Positions 19,707-29,487 of a stretch of 64,000 nt of DNA are shown piece after piece. The notes beneath the pieces were generated by a model that saw nothing but the letters and a program-made list of their open reading frames with translations, was not told where the DNA came from and made no database searches. The position numbers were made by a program, and so were the translations under genes. Numbering within the stretch: position 1 is the stretch's first letter; each line of letters begins with the position of its first letter. Location of the stretch: positions 41,993 through 105,992 of the forward strand of contig CALJVP010000006.1 in assembly GCA_937773605.1 (NCBI GenBank), read 5' to 3'. Source of the stretch: an uncultured SAR86 cluster bacterium (GTDB lineage Bacteria; Pseudomonadota; Gammaproteobacteria; Magnimaribacterales; Magnimaribacteraceae).

Positions 19707-21485
19707 ATGACTGTTAAAAACCTCAGAAATATAGCCATCATTGCGCATGTTGATCATGGCAAAACCACTCTTGTTGATAAGCTGCTCCAACAGTCAGGAA
19801 CGCTGGACAGAAAAAATATGACCACCGAAAGGGTCATGGACTCTGATGATCAGGAGAAAGAGCGAGGCATCACAATTCTTGCCAAGAATACTGCTATAGA
19901 ATGGAATGGGCATCGCATTAATATCGTAGACACACCGGGACATGCTGATTTTGGAGGAGAAGTTGAAAGAGTTCTCTCAATGGTAGATTCAGTTTTGTTA
20001 TTGGTTGACGCTGTAGATGGACCCATGCCTCAAACCAGATTTGTAACTCAAAAAGCCTTTGATCAAGGATTAAATCCAATTCTTGTAATAAACAAAGTTG
20101 ATAGACCCGGGGCAAGATCGGACTGGGTATTAGACCAAGTCTTTGATCTCTTCGATAAGCTAGGCGGGACAGATGAACAATTAGATTTCCCAGTCATTTA
20201 TGCCTCGGCTTTAAACGGAGTGGCGGGATTGGATGACCACGATTTAGCTGATGACATGGCTCCTTTACTTGAATTAATAATCGAAAAAGTGTCTCCCCCC
20301 GAAGTAAATGACGAGGGGCCCGCTCAAATGCAAATTAGTGCTCTTGACTACAACAGTTACGTAGGGGTCATAGGAATTGGTAGAATAAAAAGAGGGAAAA
20401 TGAAGCCCAACATGCAAGTTGTTGTTGCGGGGGCTGACGGTTCAAAAAGAAAGGCCAAAGTTCTTCAAGTCATGGGTTACGACGGTCTTGAGCGTGTTGA
20501 TGTTGAAGAAGCTCAAGCAGGAGATATAGTCTGTATAACGGGGATAGATAAACTGAATATCTCAGACACAATATGTGACCCGGATAATGTAGAAATCTTG
20601 CCCCCTCTTTCTGTCGATGAACCAACCGTAAGCATGACTTTCCAAGTAAATGATTCTCCTTTTGCTGGCAGAGAAGGAAAATACATTTCTTCAAGAAACT
20701 TAAAAGAAAGACTCGAGCAAGAGCTGATACACAATGTTGCTTTAAGGGTTGAACCAGGAGAAACCCCTGACAAATTTGTTGTCTCTGGAAGAGGTGAATT
20801 GCACTTGTCGGTCTTGATAGAAAACATGAGAAGGGAAGACTATGAAGTAGGCGTCTCTCGCCCTGAAGTTATCCAAAAAGAAATTGATGGCGAAATACAT
20901 GAACCATTTGAACAGATCGTTATTGATATAGAAGAGCAACATCAAGGTTCAATAATGGAAGAAATGGGCTTAAGAAAAGCAGACCTTCAGAACATGGAGC
21001 CGGATGGCAAAGGAAGAATGAAGCTAGATTTCATTGCTCCTTCAAGAGGAATGATAGGCTTCAGATCCAACTTCTTAACCATGACAAGTGGAACAGGGAT
21101 TATGACCAGTGTCTTTGATCATTACGGACCCGCCAAGGCAGGAGAAGTTGCAAAAAGGCAAAACGGCGTCTTGGTCTCTATGATATCTGGAAAAACATTG
21201 GCTTACTCACTGTTTAACCTACAAGAGAGAGGAAGGATGTTTGTTGGTCACGGCAAAGAAGTCTACAAAGGTCAAATAGTTGGACTTCACTCTCGTGATA
21301 ATGATTTACCGGTTAACCCTACAAAGGCTAAACAACTAACCAATGTAAGGGCGGCTGGAACCGATGAAAATCTTATCCTCACTCCACACATCCAACACAC
21401 CTTAGAACAAGCTCTTGAGTTTGTTGAAGACGATGAACTGGTCGAAGTAACACCAAAATCCATAAGACTCCGAAAAAGAAACTAA
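19707..21485 (+). CDS. typA: Translational GTPase TypA/BipA
   Basis: G1 [16 protein letters not shown]3 [12 protein letters not shown] and NKVD motifs, 592 aa. Confidence 0.95.
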   Translation: MTVKNLRNIAIIAHVDHGKTTLVDKLLQQSGTLDRKNMTTERVMDSDDQEKERGITILAKNTAIEWNGHRINIVDTPGHADFGGEVERVLSMVDSVLLLVDAVDGPMPQTRFVTQKAFDQGLNPILVINKVDRPGARSDWVLDQVFDLFDKLGGTDEQLDFPVIYASALNGVAGLDDHDLADDMAPLLELIIEKVSPPEVNDEGPAQMQISALDYNSYVGVIGIGRIKRGKMKPNMQVVVAGADGSKRKAKVLQVMGYDGLERVDVEEAQAGDIVCITGIDKLNISDTICDPDNVEILPPLSVDEPTVSMTFQVNDSPFAGREGKYISSRNLKERLEQELIHNVALRVEPGETPDKFVVSGRGELHLSVLIENMRREDYEVGVSRPEVIQKEIDGEIHEPFEQIVIDIEEQHQGSIMEEMGLRKADLQNMEPDGKGRMKLDFIAPSRGMIGFRSNFLTMTSGTGIMTSVFDHYGPAKAGEVAKRQNGVLVSMISGKTLAYSLFNLQERGRMFVGHGKEVYKGQIVGLHSRDNDLPVNPTKAKQLTNVRAAGTDENLILTPHIQHTLEQALEFVEDDELVEVTPKSIRLRKRN

Positions 21486-21523
21486 ATAATCTATAATTTA
21501 TTTAAACAAATTAAGAGAAAAAC

Positions 21524-22711
21524 ATGAAAGTTCTAGCTTTAGGTGGAAGTGGAGGAATGGGCAGGTATGCAGTAGAAACTGCCTTAACTTTTGATGGCAT
21601 AGAACAAATAATAGTGGCAGATATCAACGAAGATGCTGCTAATAGCTACGCCAATTCATTACCCGATAAAGTCGTAGGAATCGGCCTCGATGTGACTGAC
21701 AGAAGTAAGCTTACAGAAGTCATGCTTAATGTTGATGTGGTTTTAAATACAGTAGGGCCATTCTTTAAATACGGGCCTCCTGTTTTAGAAGCTGCGATTG
21801 AAAGCGGCTGCCATTATCTCGATATCAATGACGATTGGGAACCTACCCTTGATATGCTTAAGATGCATGAAAGGGCCAAAGAAAAAGGAATTACTGCCAT
21901 CATTGGGATGGGGGCAAGCCCAGGTCTAACGAACATGTTGGCACGTGTTGCCATGCAACAACTTGATACGGTCGACACTGTTTATACAGGTTGGTCACTT
22001 GAGGGGGCAAGTCCGGATGCCGAGTCTTCTCAAACCGGAGCGAACGCAGCCATGGAGCACGGAATCCTTCAAGTAACGGGAAAAGTCATGATAAGACAAA
22101 ACGGCAAAGACGAAATGGTGAAACCTTTGAAAGAGGTAGAGGTTACTTTTCCAGGCTCTAAGCCAACTAAATCTCATATATTTGGTCATCCGGAAGCAGT
22201 AACTTTTCCTCATCATTTTAAGGAGATTAAAAACTCCACAAACCTGGCCCACGGAGATGTCTCTGTTTTAAAAATAATAGCTTTTTTTGTTAACCTTAAG
22301 ATTCTTCCCGCCTATCAAGCTGCAAAACTGATTGGATATCTTGAAAGAAAGATTGGGGGAAGCCAGCAAAAAAACGTTCTACGAGGGGGGCGCAATCTCC
22401 CTGCCGTGTACGGAATGGCCATGGGAACAAAAAACGGGGAAAAGGCATCTGCCGGAGTAAACTTCTCTACTGAAGAAAAAACCAGTAGCACCAGCATGGG
22501 GGAAGTCACGGGCATTCCGCTTGCTTGCGGTTTAAAACTTCTATTGGATGGGAAAATTAAAGATCGAGGAGTGTTTGCGCCTGAAGGGGCTATTGAGCCT
22601 AACGATTTCTTTGATGTTTTTAGAGATACAGATCTCGCTAAAGATTTAGGAAATGATGACTTAATCAACATCTCCAATAGTTGGCAGACCAATTCTCAAG
22701 AGACCGGTTAG
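21524..22711 (+). CDS. Saccharopine dehydrogenase-like NAD(P)-binding protein
   Basis: N-terminal Rossmann motif VLALGGSGGMGRY followed by the VVLNTVGPF pattern typical of the Sacchrp_dh family. Confidence 0.6.
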   Translation: MKVLALGGSGGMGRYAVETALTFDGIEQIIVADINEDAANSYANSLPDKVVGIGLDVTDRSKLTEVMLNVDVVLNTVGPFFKYGPPVLEAAIESGCHYLDINDDWEPTLDMLKMHERAKEKGITAIIGMGASPGLTNMLARVAMQQLDTVDTVYTGWSLEGASPDAESSQTGANAAMEHGILQVTGKVMIRQNGKDEMVKPLKEVEVTFPGSKPTKSHIFGHPEAVTFPHHFKEIKNSTNLAHGDVSVLKIIAFFVNLKILPAYQAAKLIGYLERKIGGSQQKNVLRGGRNLPAVYGMAMGTKNGEKASAGVNFSTEEKTSSTSMGEVTGIPLACGLKLLLDGKIKDRGVFAPEGAIEPNDFFDVFRDTDLAKDLGNDDLINISNSWQTNSQETG

Positions 22712-22772
22712 AGTAAATTTGCCTAAAGCCTATAAGAAGGATTAAGCTAAAGTCTTCTCAAGGGAGGAGACA

Positions 22773-23537
22773 ATGGAAACAACGTTATTATTTAAAACCA
22801 TGGCTATTCTAATTAGCCAGCTGAGTATTGTTTTTATTGGGGCTTATTCCTTTATTTTCCTGGCTCGCAGAGCTACTTTAAAAGGAGTTAAATTTTTTGG
22901 TGAAACATTTGAAGCTCACTATAATTCAAAAGGCCAATTAGACCTGCTTCATATACCTATCCCGGAAGAAGAAAAGGTAATTAAATACAATGAGGATGGC
23001 AAAGAAATAGATGACTCTATTTTTGGCACCCTGAACAGCTTCTTTACTTTGAGTCTTATCGGTCTTGTTGTAGCTACCGTTGTAGACTTTCCCATAGAGG
23101 GGAAATTAGCCTTATTCACGTTTCACACACTTTCATTTGGTCCATTATTGGGCTTAATCATGATTCAAATAGATGAAAATGACGGTTTAAAAGCCATTAT
23201 TTTAACTCTTTTGATAACCCTTCTGGCGGGGTTTTTAGCGCTCTATCTAGGAATAGATTTTAGCGGACTGCTTAATTACCTTTTTTATCCCCTCTTAGCA
23301 TTAATACTCTTTAGTATTGCTAGAATATTTTATACATTTGAATCGAGCACCATAAGATGGAGTGCTTTTGGAGGAATAATAATTTTTATATTATTTCTAC
23401 TGGTGGATTTTTCTATTCTTTCGTCAGCTGATAAGTCTGGAATCAATGACTGGAACTCCGCTTTTATTATTGCCTTTCAAATATACCTAGATATCATAAA
23501 CCTACTGTTACAAATCTTAGATGCAATGGGGAACTAA
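22773..23537 (+). CDS. Multi-pass membrane protein, divergent Bax-inhibitor-1/YccA-like
   Basis: About 7 hydrophobic segments. The C-terminal QIYLDIINLLLQIL resembles the conserved BI-1/YccA C-terminal motif. A hydrophilic insert of about 50 aa follows TM1. Confidence 0.45.
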   Translation: METTLLFKTMAILISQLSIVFIGAYSFIFLARRATLKGVKFFGETFEAHYNSKGQLDLLHIPIPEEEKVIKYNEDGKEIDDSIFGTLNSFFTLSLIGLVVATVVDFPIEGKLALFTFHTLSFGPLLGLIMIQIDENDGLKAIILTLLITLLAGFLALYLGIDFSGLLNYLFYPLLALILFSIARIFYTFESSTIRWSAFGGIIIFILFLLVDFSILSSADKSGINDWNSAFIIAFQIYLDIINLLLQILDAMGN

Positions 23538-23960
23538 ATGGAAAAACTTAACAATCTCTTGGAAAAAATTGCGAACCCTCTGGTTGGGTTTGCGGACTGG
23601 ATAATAAGGCTTGGTCTCGGAATATCATTCTTTCTACATGGGTTTGGGAAATTACCCTTGGATGCCTCGGGTTGGCTTGCTTCTAATTTAGGATACCCGG
23701 TTGCATTAATGGTTGCTTGGGGAGAAGTCTTAGCGGGTCTGGGGATTATTTTAGGCGGCTTGATTGCAGGAACAATTGGAAGCTTAATAACCAGAATTTC
23801 TGGAGGAGCCATTGGGGTCATCATGATAGGTGCCATTAGCATCGCACATTCAAATTGGGGTATATTTTTTGGAGAAAGGGGCTCGGTACTGTTTGCTAGT
23901 GAACAATTATTTTTATTATTATTGGGAATCTATTTCGCTATAAAAGGAAACCAGAAATAA
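23538..23960 (+). CDS. DoxX family membrane protein
   Basis: 140 aa with 4 TM segments and LGLGISFFLHGFGKL, typical of DoxX. The start immediately follows the upstream stop. Confidence 0.6.
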   Translation: MEKLNNLLEKIANPLVGFADWIIRLGLGISFFLHGFGKLPLDASGWLASNLGYPVALMVAWGEVLAGLGIILGGLIAGTIGSLITRISGGAIGVIMIGAISIAHSNWGIFFGERGSVLFASEQLFLLLLGIYFAIKGNQK

Positions 23961-23968
23961 TAAAAAAC

Positions 23969-24604
23969 TTATTGGTTTCTATTTAAAAGAGATTCAAGTG
24001 CCAACAAAACCTTTGCTGAATCGTGCGGGGCTCTGAAGAAACCTGCGTACTTACCCTCTGGGTCAATCAACACTAAACTACCCGTATGATCCACAGTATA
24101 AAATGGATCTTCACTTTCAACCACGGGCGTGAAAGGAACGTTCACTTGAGTGGCAAATTTATAAACCTGATCTATTCCTCCGGTCAGACCTATAAAATCT
24201 TCATCAAAATTATCCAGATAAACTCTTAGTTTTTCAGGCGTGTCTCTTATTGGGTCAACTGAAACCAAAAAGAATCTAACCTTTTCTGAATCATCGCCCA
24301 GATCTTTTTTAATTTCTTGAAGTTGTCTCATGGTTAAAGGGCAAATATCAGGACAAAACGTAAATCCAAAAAATAAAACGTTCCATTTGCCTTTAAAATC
24401 ATCAAATTTAAAATAACTGTTTGAGTCGTCGACAAGGGTGAGCTTAGTTAAATTTCTACTTGGCTCTATAAAATAGACCCCTAGATCTTTGTACTCTTCT
24501 GCTGATAGGTCTCTGGGAGTCGTCCATTGGTTTAAAAACAAGCCAAGAACTAGTGCCATAAAACCTACGCAACTTCCTACAGTCCAAAAAATACCTTTAT
24601 TCAT
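23969..24604 (-). CDS. SCO1/SenC copper chaperone for cytochrome oxidase
   Basis: N-terminal TM anchor, FGFTFCPDICP (CxxxC) and downstream DHT histidine. It is the last gene of the cox cluster. Confidence 0.88.
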   Translation of the reverse strand: MNKGIFWTVGSCVGFMALVLGLFLNQWTTPRDLSAEEYKDLGVYFIEPSRNLTKLTLVDDSNSYFKFDDFKGKWNVLFFGFTFCPDICPLTMRQLQEIKKDLGDDSEKVRFFLVSVDPIRDTPEKLRVYLDNFDEDFIGLTGGIDQVYKFATQVNVPFTPVVESEDPFYTVDHTGSLVLIDPEGKYAGFFRAPHDSAKVLLALESLLNRNQ

Positions 24605-25479
24605 AGATACAAATATTGATCTACCAGCATGGCGCCAAATAATGCGGCCAGATAAGAAATGGAATAGGCAAAAGTCTGCATCGCTGATGCATTAGTATCA
24701 TCCCTGTAAAGTTTGATCGAGAAATACAAAAAACCTAAGCCTAAAATTAATGCCACTACTAAGTACAATTCTTGAAACATACCAACAGCGTATGGAAGCA
24801 TCGTGGAGGCTAGTAACAATAAAGTATAAAGAACAATGTGTTGTTTAGTAAAAGCTATGCCCTTCTGAACTGGTAGCATAGGCACAGCAGCTTCAGCGTA
24901 ATCATCCACACGATAAACGGCAAGAGCCCAAAAATGTGGGGGGGTCCAGACCATCACGATAAGAACCAACAGCCAGGCATTAGGCTCTATGGTATTAGAA
25001 ACAGCCGTCCATCCTAACAAGGGTGGCATTGCACCTGCCAAGCCCCCTATAACAATATTCTGGCTCGTCATAAATTTTAAATACCTTGTATAAATAAAGG
25101 CATAAAAGATAAAAGTAAGAGAAGTAAGAATCCAAGTTAATGCGTTAACATAAATCAGTAGCATCAAGCTTCCAGAAACATAAAGTGCTGCAGCAAATAC
25201 AGATGCTGAAAATTCTGTGATAGAGCCCTTCACTAAAGGCCTGGATGCAGTCCTATTCATCTTTGCATCTATTTCTGAATCAAAAATATGATTTATGACT
25301 GCAGCAGAAGCAGCTAGGAAACTTATCCCTAAAAGACCAAAAATAAAAATTGATAATGGAGGGCTAAATTTAGAGCCTATTAGCATTCCACTTATACAAG
25401 AAACAAACAGCAGGGCTTGAACACCTGGTTTAGTTAATTCTAAATAACCTCTCCACGAAGAGGTGGTTGTTTGATTCAT
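24601..25479 (-). CDS. ctaB: Protohaem IX farnesyltransferase (haem O synthase)
   Basis: UbiA-type polytopic protein with NHIFDSEIDAKMNRTASRPL motif. The stop overlaps the sco1 start. Confidence 0.9.
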   Translation of the reverse strand: MNQTTTSSWRGYLELTKPGVQALLFVSCISGMLIGSKFSPPLSIFIFGLLGISFLAASAAVINHIFDSEIDAKMNRTASRPLVKGSITEFSASVFAAALYVSGSLMLLIYVNALTWILTSLTFIFYAFIYTRYLKFMTSQNIVIGGLAGAMPPLLGWTAVSNTIEPNAWLLVLIVMVWTPPHFWALAVYRVDDYAEAAVPMLPVQKGIAFTKQHIVLYTLLLLASTMLPYAVGMFQELYLVVALILGLGFLYFSIKLYRDDTNASAMQTFAYSISYLAALFGAMLVDQYLYL

Positions 25480-25486
25480 TTTCAGT

Positions 25487-26473
25487 TTATTCCCTAAACC
25501 TAAGGACAGCCAAATAAGTTATAAGCAAAAGTCCGCCGAGATTATGTCCTACTGCAATCAATAAGGGTAGGCTAAAAACAACATTAGATATCCCAAGGCC
25601 AATTTGGAGAGCCAATGCTCCAGATAAACCACCAGCAACTTTTAATGATTGATTCTTGTACAAAGAGAAAATTAAAGACAACAAAACCAGCGTGACAACT
25701 ATCGAACCAAGCCTATGAGTTAGGTGAATAGCAACTCTAGCTTCATCAGACAGTTGGCCGCCAAGATAGTTTGGGCCAATAGTTTGAAGAAAATTAAAAC
25801 CCGAAATAAAATCTGCGGGTGGGAGCAGCTGCCCCCTGCACAAAGGAAGGTCTGCACAAGAGATAGATGCATAGTTGGTACTGGTCCAAGCTCCCAAGAA
25901 AATTTGAATCGAAACCACAACAAGACTTAAATTAATTAATCTTTTTATATTGAGGTTAAAATTCCAAGGAGTTCGACTTTGATCTTCAATGTCTTTCACT
26001 TTGAAATATAAAAGCCAAATAATTAATGTGGTCAAAAACCCTGCCATAAGATGAGTTGTTACTACTTGAGGCCATAATTTAAGACTGACAGTTAAATAAC
26101 CAAAAGTGCCCTGCATAATTACCCAAAAGACTAAAAAGCCTGCCAGTAACTTCATATTCTTTGTGCATGTTGAATTTTTTCTTACAGCTAAGAATATTCC
26201 TATAATGAACAGCCCTAAAGTGGCCGCAAAGTATCTGTGGACAACTTCGGGTATGGCTTTAGCGACCTCATAGGGGGTTTCGGGGTAACGACTATTGGCA
26301 ATTTCTATATCTTCAGGGTTTACAGGGATGGTTACAAAACCATAACAACCAGGCCAGTCAGGGCACCCCAATCCTGCATCTGCCAATCTGGTCCACGCAC
26401 CTAAAGCGACGACCACGAAACCCAATAACCCTGAAAATAAGGTCAAATACTTTAAGTTCATTTTCTTAGCCAA
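25487..26473 (-). CDS. ctaA: Haem A synthase (COX15/CtaA)
   Basis: 8-TM protein with GLGCPDWPGCYG near the N-terminus and conserved His in HRYFA and HLTHR contexts. Confidence 0.85.
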   Translation of the reverse strand: MAKKMNLKYLTLFSGLLGFVVVALGAWTRLADAGLGCPDWPGCYGFVTIPVNPEDIEIANSRYPETPYEVAKAIPEVVHRYFAATLGLFIIGIFLAVRKNSTCTKNMKLLAGFLVFWVIMQGTFGYLTVSLKLWPQVVTTHLMAGFLTTLIIWLLYFKVKDIEDQSRTPWNFNLNIKRLINLSLVVVSIQIFLGAWTSTNYASISCADLPLCRGQLLPPADFISGFNFLQTIGPNYLGGQLSDEARVAIHLTHRLGSIVVTLVLLSLIFSLYKNQSLKVAGGLSGALALQIGLGISNVVFSLPLLIAVGHNLGGLLLITYLAVLRFRE

Positions 26474-27071
26474 CCTGTGAGTTTTGTAGTAACTTTTTTA
26501 AATCTTCTAATAGCTCTCCTCCCGGAAGGCGAACATCATACATAAGCACACCGTTTCCGAGAGGATCAAAGAGAATGTAAGGGTTGTAAGGCAACCCATC
26601 TTTAGCCTCCTGCGGAAGATCTTCAAACTTGACTTCACCTAAATTTAACAAAGGGTATTCAGAAGAAAGTTTCTCTAGATCTTTCTCAGTCAAATTTGCA
26701 TTTTCCGTTAAAGCCAAATAACGAACTACTCTAGAACTGTTCTTAGCAAGCCTTATGTTGACCTGCCTGGTTGAATACAAAGTCTTCCAACAATTTTCAG
26801 AACACTCATTATCCAGGAGATGAACGATCACCCATCTTCCCGGAAATTCCTTAGTCAGAGGACCGGCAGATACTGAAAAATTCAAATCGCTCAGCTCTAC
26901 GGGCGGTTCGAAAAGAATTCCATTATTTGTTTTTCCATCAGGCGAAAAACCGCTGTAAAAAAAAGCGGTACTAGCTATTAAAACTATAATTGGTGTTAAG
27001 AAAATTAAAGCGGCTTTGATCCGTCCTGAATTTTGTTTAGTTATGTTCATTGTTGTCTTTTTGAGTCCCAA
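26466..27071 (-). CDS. Cox-cluster membrane-anchored protein, divergent SCO1-like thioredoxin fold (CxxxC present, no matching His)
   Basis: One N-terminal TM. RWVIVHLLDNECSENCWKTLYSTRQV aligns by eye with KWNVLFFGFTFCPDICPLTMRQLQEI of the SCO1 protein in this window. The C-terminal ILFDPLGN parallels LVLIDPEGK. The true start may be the Met at 27050. Confidence 0.5.
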   Translation of the reverse strand: MGLKKTTMNITKQNSGRIKAALIFLTPIIVLIASTAFFYSGFSPDGKTNNGILFEPPVELSDLNFSVSAGPLTKEFPGRWVIVHLLDNECSENCWKTLYSTRQVNIRLAKNSSRVVRYLALTENANLTEKDLEKLSSEYPLLNLGEVKFEDLPQEAKDGLPYNPYILFDPLGNGVLMYDVRLPGGELLEDLKKLLQNSQVG

Positions 27072-27750
27072 AATAAATATAAGAAATTAATAAAACTAGG
27101 GCTAGCCCAAACCACTGAACAGCGTAACCATAGTGCCTGGCTGCTTTGAAAATAGTGGGTTTCCATATCGGTTCAAATGCTCCTGGAGATCCTGCAGATA
27201 ATTGAATGACCGCTGGCTGCGGATTGTATTCAGGGCTCAGATCATCGAGTGCCTGTTGAAAACTCAACTCTTGAACAAGCTTGGGCCAGCCAAACGAAGG
27301 CATCTCTTTGGAAAGACTCAACCCAAACCTCTTAAAAGGAGTATAAAGTCCTTGAATTTTAACTTTGTTTGGGACGTTCATTTTTGTTATTTCCTTCTTG
27401 TCCGCCCAGCCCCTGTTAATGAGAAAATAATTATTTGAATCTGTTTTAAATAATGAAAAAATCTCATAGCCAGATTTTTGTCTATATATTCTATTGTCTA
27501 ATAAATAAGACTCCTGCATAAACTGCCCTTCTAAAGATACGGTTCTGTAATAGTTCTTTTCCATGCCTTCCATTGACAGCTCATAGGACTCGATAGGGAC
27601 AAGTGATTTATTAAAATCATACTGATCTAATATATCTTGCTTATCAAAACCTCTTACAATCTGCCATGTCCCAAGGGACAGCAAGAAAGGGAAAAAAATA
27701 ATAACAAAAATGCTCATTCCTCTTCCTGGTCTAAAATTTTTTAAAAACAA
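27037..27750 (-). CDS. SURF1 family cytochrome oxidase biogenesis protein
   Basis: N-terminal TM followed by GTWQIVRG, and C-terminal RHYGYAVQWFGLALVLL, both SURF1 hallmarks. Confidence 0.85.
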   Translation of the reverse strand: MFLKNFRPGRGMSIFVIIFFPFLLSLGTWQIVRGFDKQDILDQYDFNKSLVPIESYELSMEGMEKNYYRTVSLEGQFMQESYLLDNRIYRQKSGYEIFSLFKTDSNNYFLINRGWADKKEITKMNVPNKVKIQGLYTPFKRFGLSLSKEMPSFGWPKLVQELSFQQALDDLSPEYNPQPAVIQLSAGSPGAFEPIWKPTIFKAARHYGYAVQWFGLALVLLISYIYFGTQKDNNEHN

Positions 27751-27798
27751 TTCATTACCTTTAATAATCGGTCGCCTGTATACTAGCGACCCTTAAAT

Positions 27799-27996
27799 AT
27801 GATCAAATATTTTATCCTCTTTCTTATAGTGGCTATGCTAATTAGTTTATTTAGTGGCGCCTTCTTTCTTATAAAAGACGGGAGCTCAACTAAAAGAACA
27901 GTTTACAGCTTAGGGGTCAGAGTCTCTATCGCCATCGTGTTGTTTGCTACGTTGATTTACGGAATTGTTACAGGCCAGATAGGCCCGTCAGTTTAA
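27799..27996 (+). CDS. Small twin-transmembrane-helix protein (DUF2909-like) associated with cox clusters
   Basis: 65 aa with two hydrophobic helices. It sits between surf1 and coxC, as I recall for other proteobacterial aa3 clusters. Confidence 0.5.
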   Translation: MIKYFILFLIVAMLISLFSGAFFLIKDGSSTKRTVYSLGVRVSIAIVLFATLIYGIVTGQIGPSV

Positions 27997-27998
27997 AT

Positions 27999-28925
27999 CT
28001 ACATTACATAAACAAAAGCTACCAAACACACCCAAACCACATCAACAAAGTGCCAATACCATGAGCCGGCTTCAAAACCAAAATGGTCATCGGCTGTAAA
28101 ATGTCCCTTAAGACCCCTTATCCACATAATCGTTAAGATAATAGCTCCAAGACAAACGTGAAAACCGTGGAAACCCGTAAGCATGAAAAAGGTTGTACCG
28201 TAAATTCCTGTGCCTAAAGTTAAGCCCATGTGTGCATAAGCTTCGTAATACTCTAAGGCTTGAAACCCAACAAATAAATAGCCTAAAACCAGTGTTAAAC
28301 CTAGGTATATATTGAACTGTCTTCTGTTTCCATTTTTTAAGCCCAGGTGAGCAATATGGACTGTAACGCTAGAAGTTAAGAGAAATATAGTGTTCCACAA
28401 TGGGAGCCACCCTAATACACCAGCAAGGCCTTTGTTGGCGTAGGTAGTTCCTAAAGACATTTCTTCACCCGGGCCAAGAAACTCAGTGCCTTGTATTGCC
28501 TGATCAGGTGTAATCATCACTGGCCAAGTTGCTTCAAAGCCTGGCCACAACATATTGGCTATTCCTTTCTCTCCCTCTCCCCCTAACCAGGGTACTGCAA
28601 AATTTCTAACGTAAGCCAGTGCAAAAAAGAAAGCAAAAAAGAACATGACTTCTGAGAAAATAAACCAAGCCATTCCGTATATATAAGAGTTCTTTAACAT
28701 CGGGTTATTCAGCCCTGCGTGATTCTCTTTTATAACAGTGCTGAACCAAAAGAACATAGTTGTCCACATCATTGCAAAAGAAAGAAGAAGAACTAGGTAA
28801 GAATTAGATTCGGTCCCCATGTCTATGACAGTATTTGCCGCCCCTATAATAAATACCAATAAAGTCAAAGCCATTGCAAATGGTAGTTTGCTGGACTCTG
28901 GTACGTAATAAGCTTGTTCTGACAT
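27999..28925 (-). CDS. coxC: Cytochrome c oxidase subunit III
   Basis: 7-TM protein with FHGFHV and WYWHFVDVVW motifs. Confidence 0.93.
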   Translation of the reverse strand: MSEQAYYVPESSKLPFAMALTLLVFIIGAANTVIDMGTESNSYLVLLLSFAMMWTTMFFWFSTVIKENHAGLNNPMLKNSYIYGMAWFIFSEVMFFFAFFFALAYVRNFAVPWLGGEGEKGIANMLWPGFEATWPVMITPDQAIQGTEFLGPGEEMSLGTTYANKGLAGVLGWLPLWNTIFLLTSSVTVHIAHLGLKNGNRRQFNIYLGLTLVLGYLFVGFQALEYYEAYAHMGLTLGTGIYGTTFFMLTGFHGFHVCLGAIILTIMWIRGLKGHFTADDHFGFEAGSWYWHFVDVVWVCLVAFVYVM

Positions 28926-28934
28926 CTTTTCCTC

Positions 28935-29486
28935 TTATAAATTTGCTAATGCTTGGTTCGTTTTTATCTGATCAGTAATATCAAATAATGTGTAACCAAG
29001 GCTTAAAGACCCAATCTCTTTTGGTAGAGCAGGATCAACAATAAATCTAACTGGCAACTCTATCCTTTCGCCCGCAGCAAGGGTTTGTTGCTCAAAACAA
29101 AAACACTCCGTTTTATGAAAAAATTCTGCTCCTCTTCCTGGTGAAACGCTAGGAATGACCTGTCCTACCATCTCTTTATCAGTGGTGTTCTCAAAAACAA
29201 AAATTGCTTCTTGTTGGCTTCCGGTTTTAATTCTCATTTGAACTTTTTCTGATTTGAAGGTCCACGGCATTGATTCGTTATTATGCGTCATAAACTGAAT
29301 GAGCACGTCCCTTTGGACAGTCATCTCTTGTGAATTCTCACTTAGATAACTTGGACCTGTTACTTTTCCATTTAGGCCCGTTATTTCACAAAAAACATCA
29401 TAAATTGGAACCAGCGCCCATCCAAAAGCAAACATACCGAAGACAATGCCGACTAGGTTTCTTATGGTCTTTTTAGAATCAGTCAA
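28935..29486 (-). CDS. ctaG: Cytochrome c oxidase assembly protein CtaG/Cox11
   Basis: N-terminal TM plus CFCF motif (KTECFCFEQQ), typical of Cox11. Confidence 0.9.
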   Translation of the reverse strand: MTDSKKTIRNLVGIVFGMFAFGWALVPIYDVFCEITGLNGKVTGPSYLSENSQEMTVQRDVLIQFMTHNNESMPWTFKSEKVQMRIKTGSQQEAIFVFENTTDKEMVGQVIPSVSPGRGAEFFHKTECFCFEQQTLAAGERIELPVRFIVDPALPKEIGSLSLGYTLFDITDQIKTNQALANL

Positions 29487-29487
29487 T

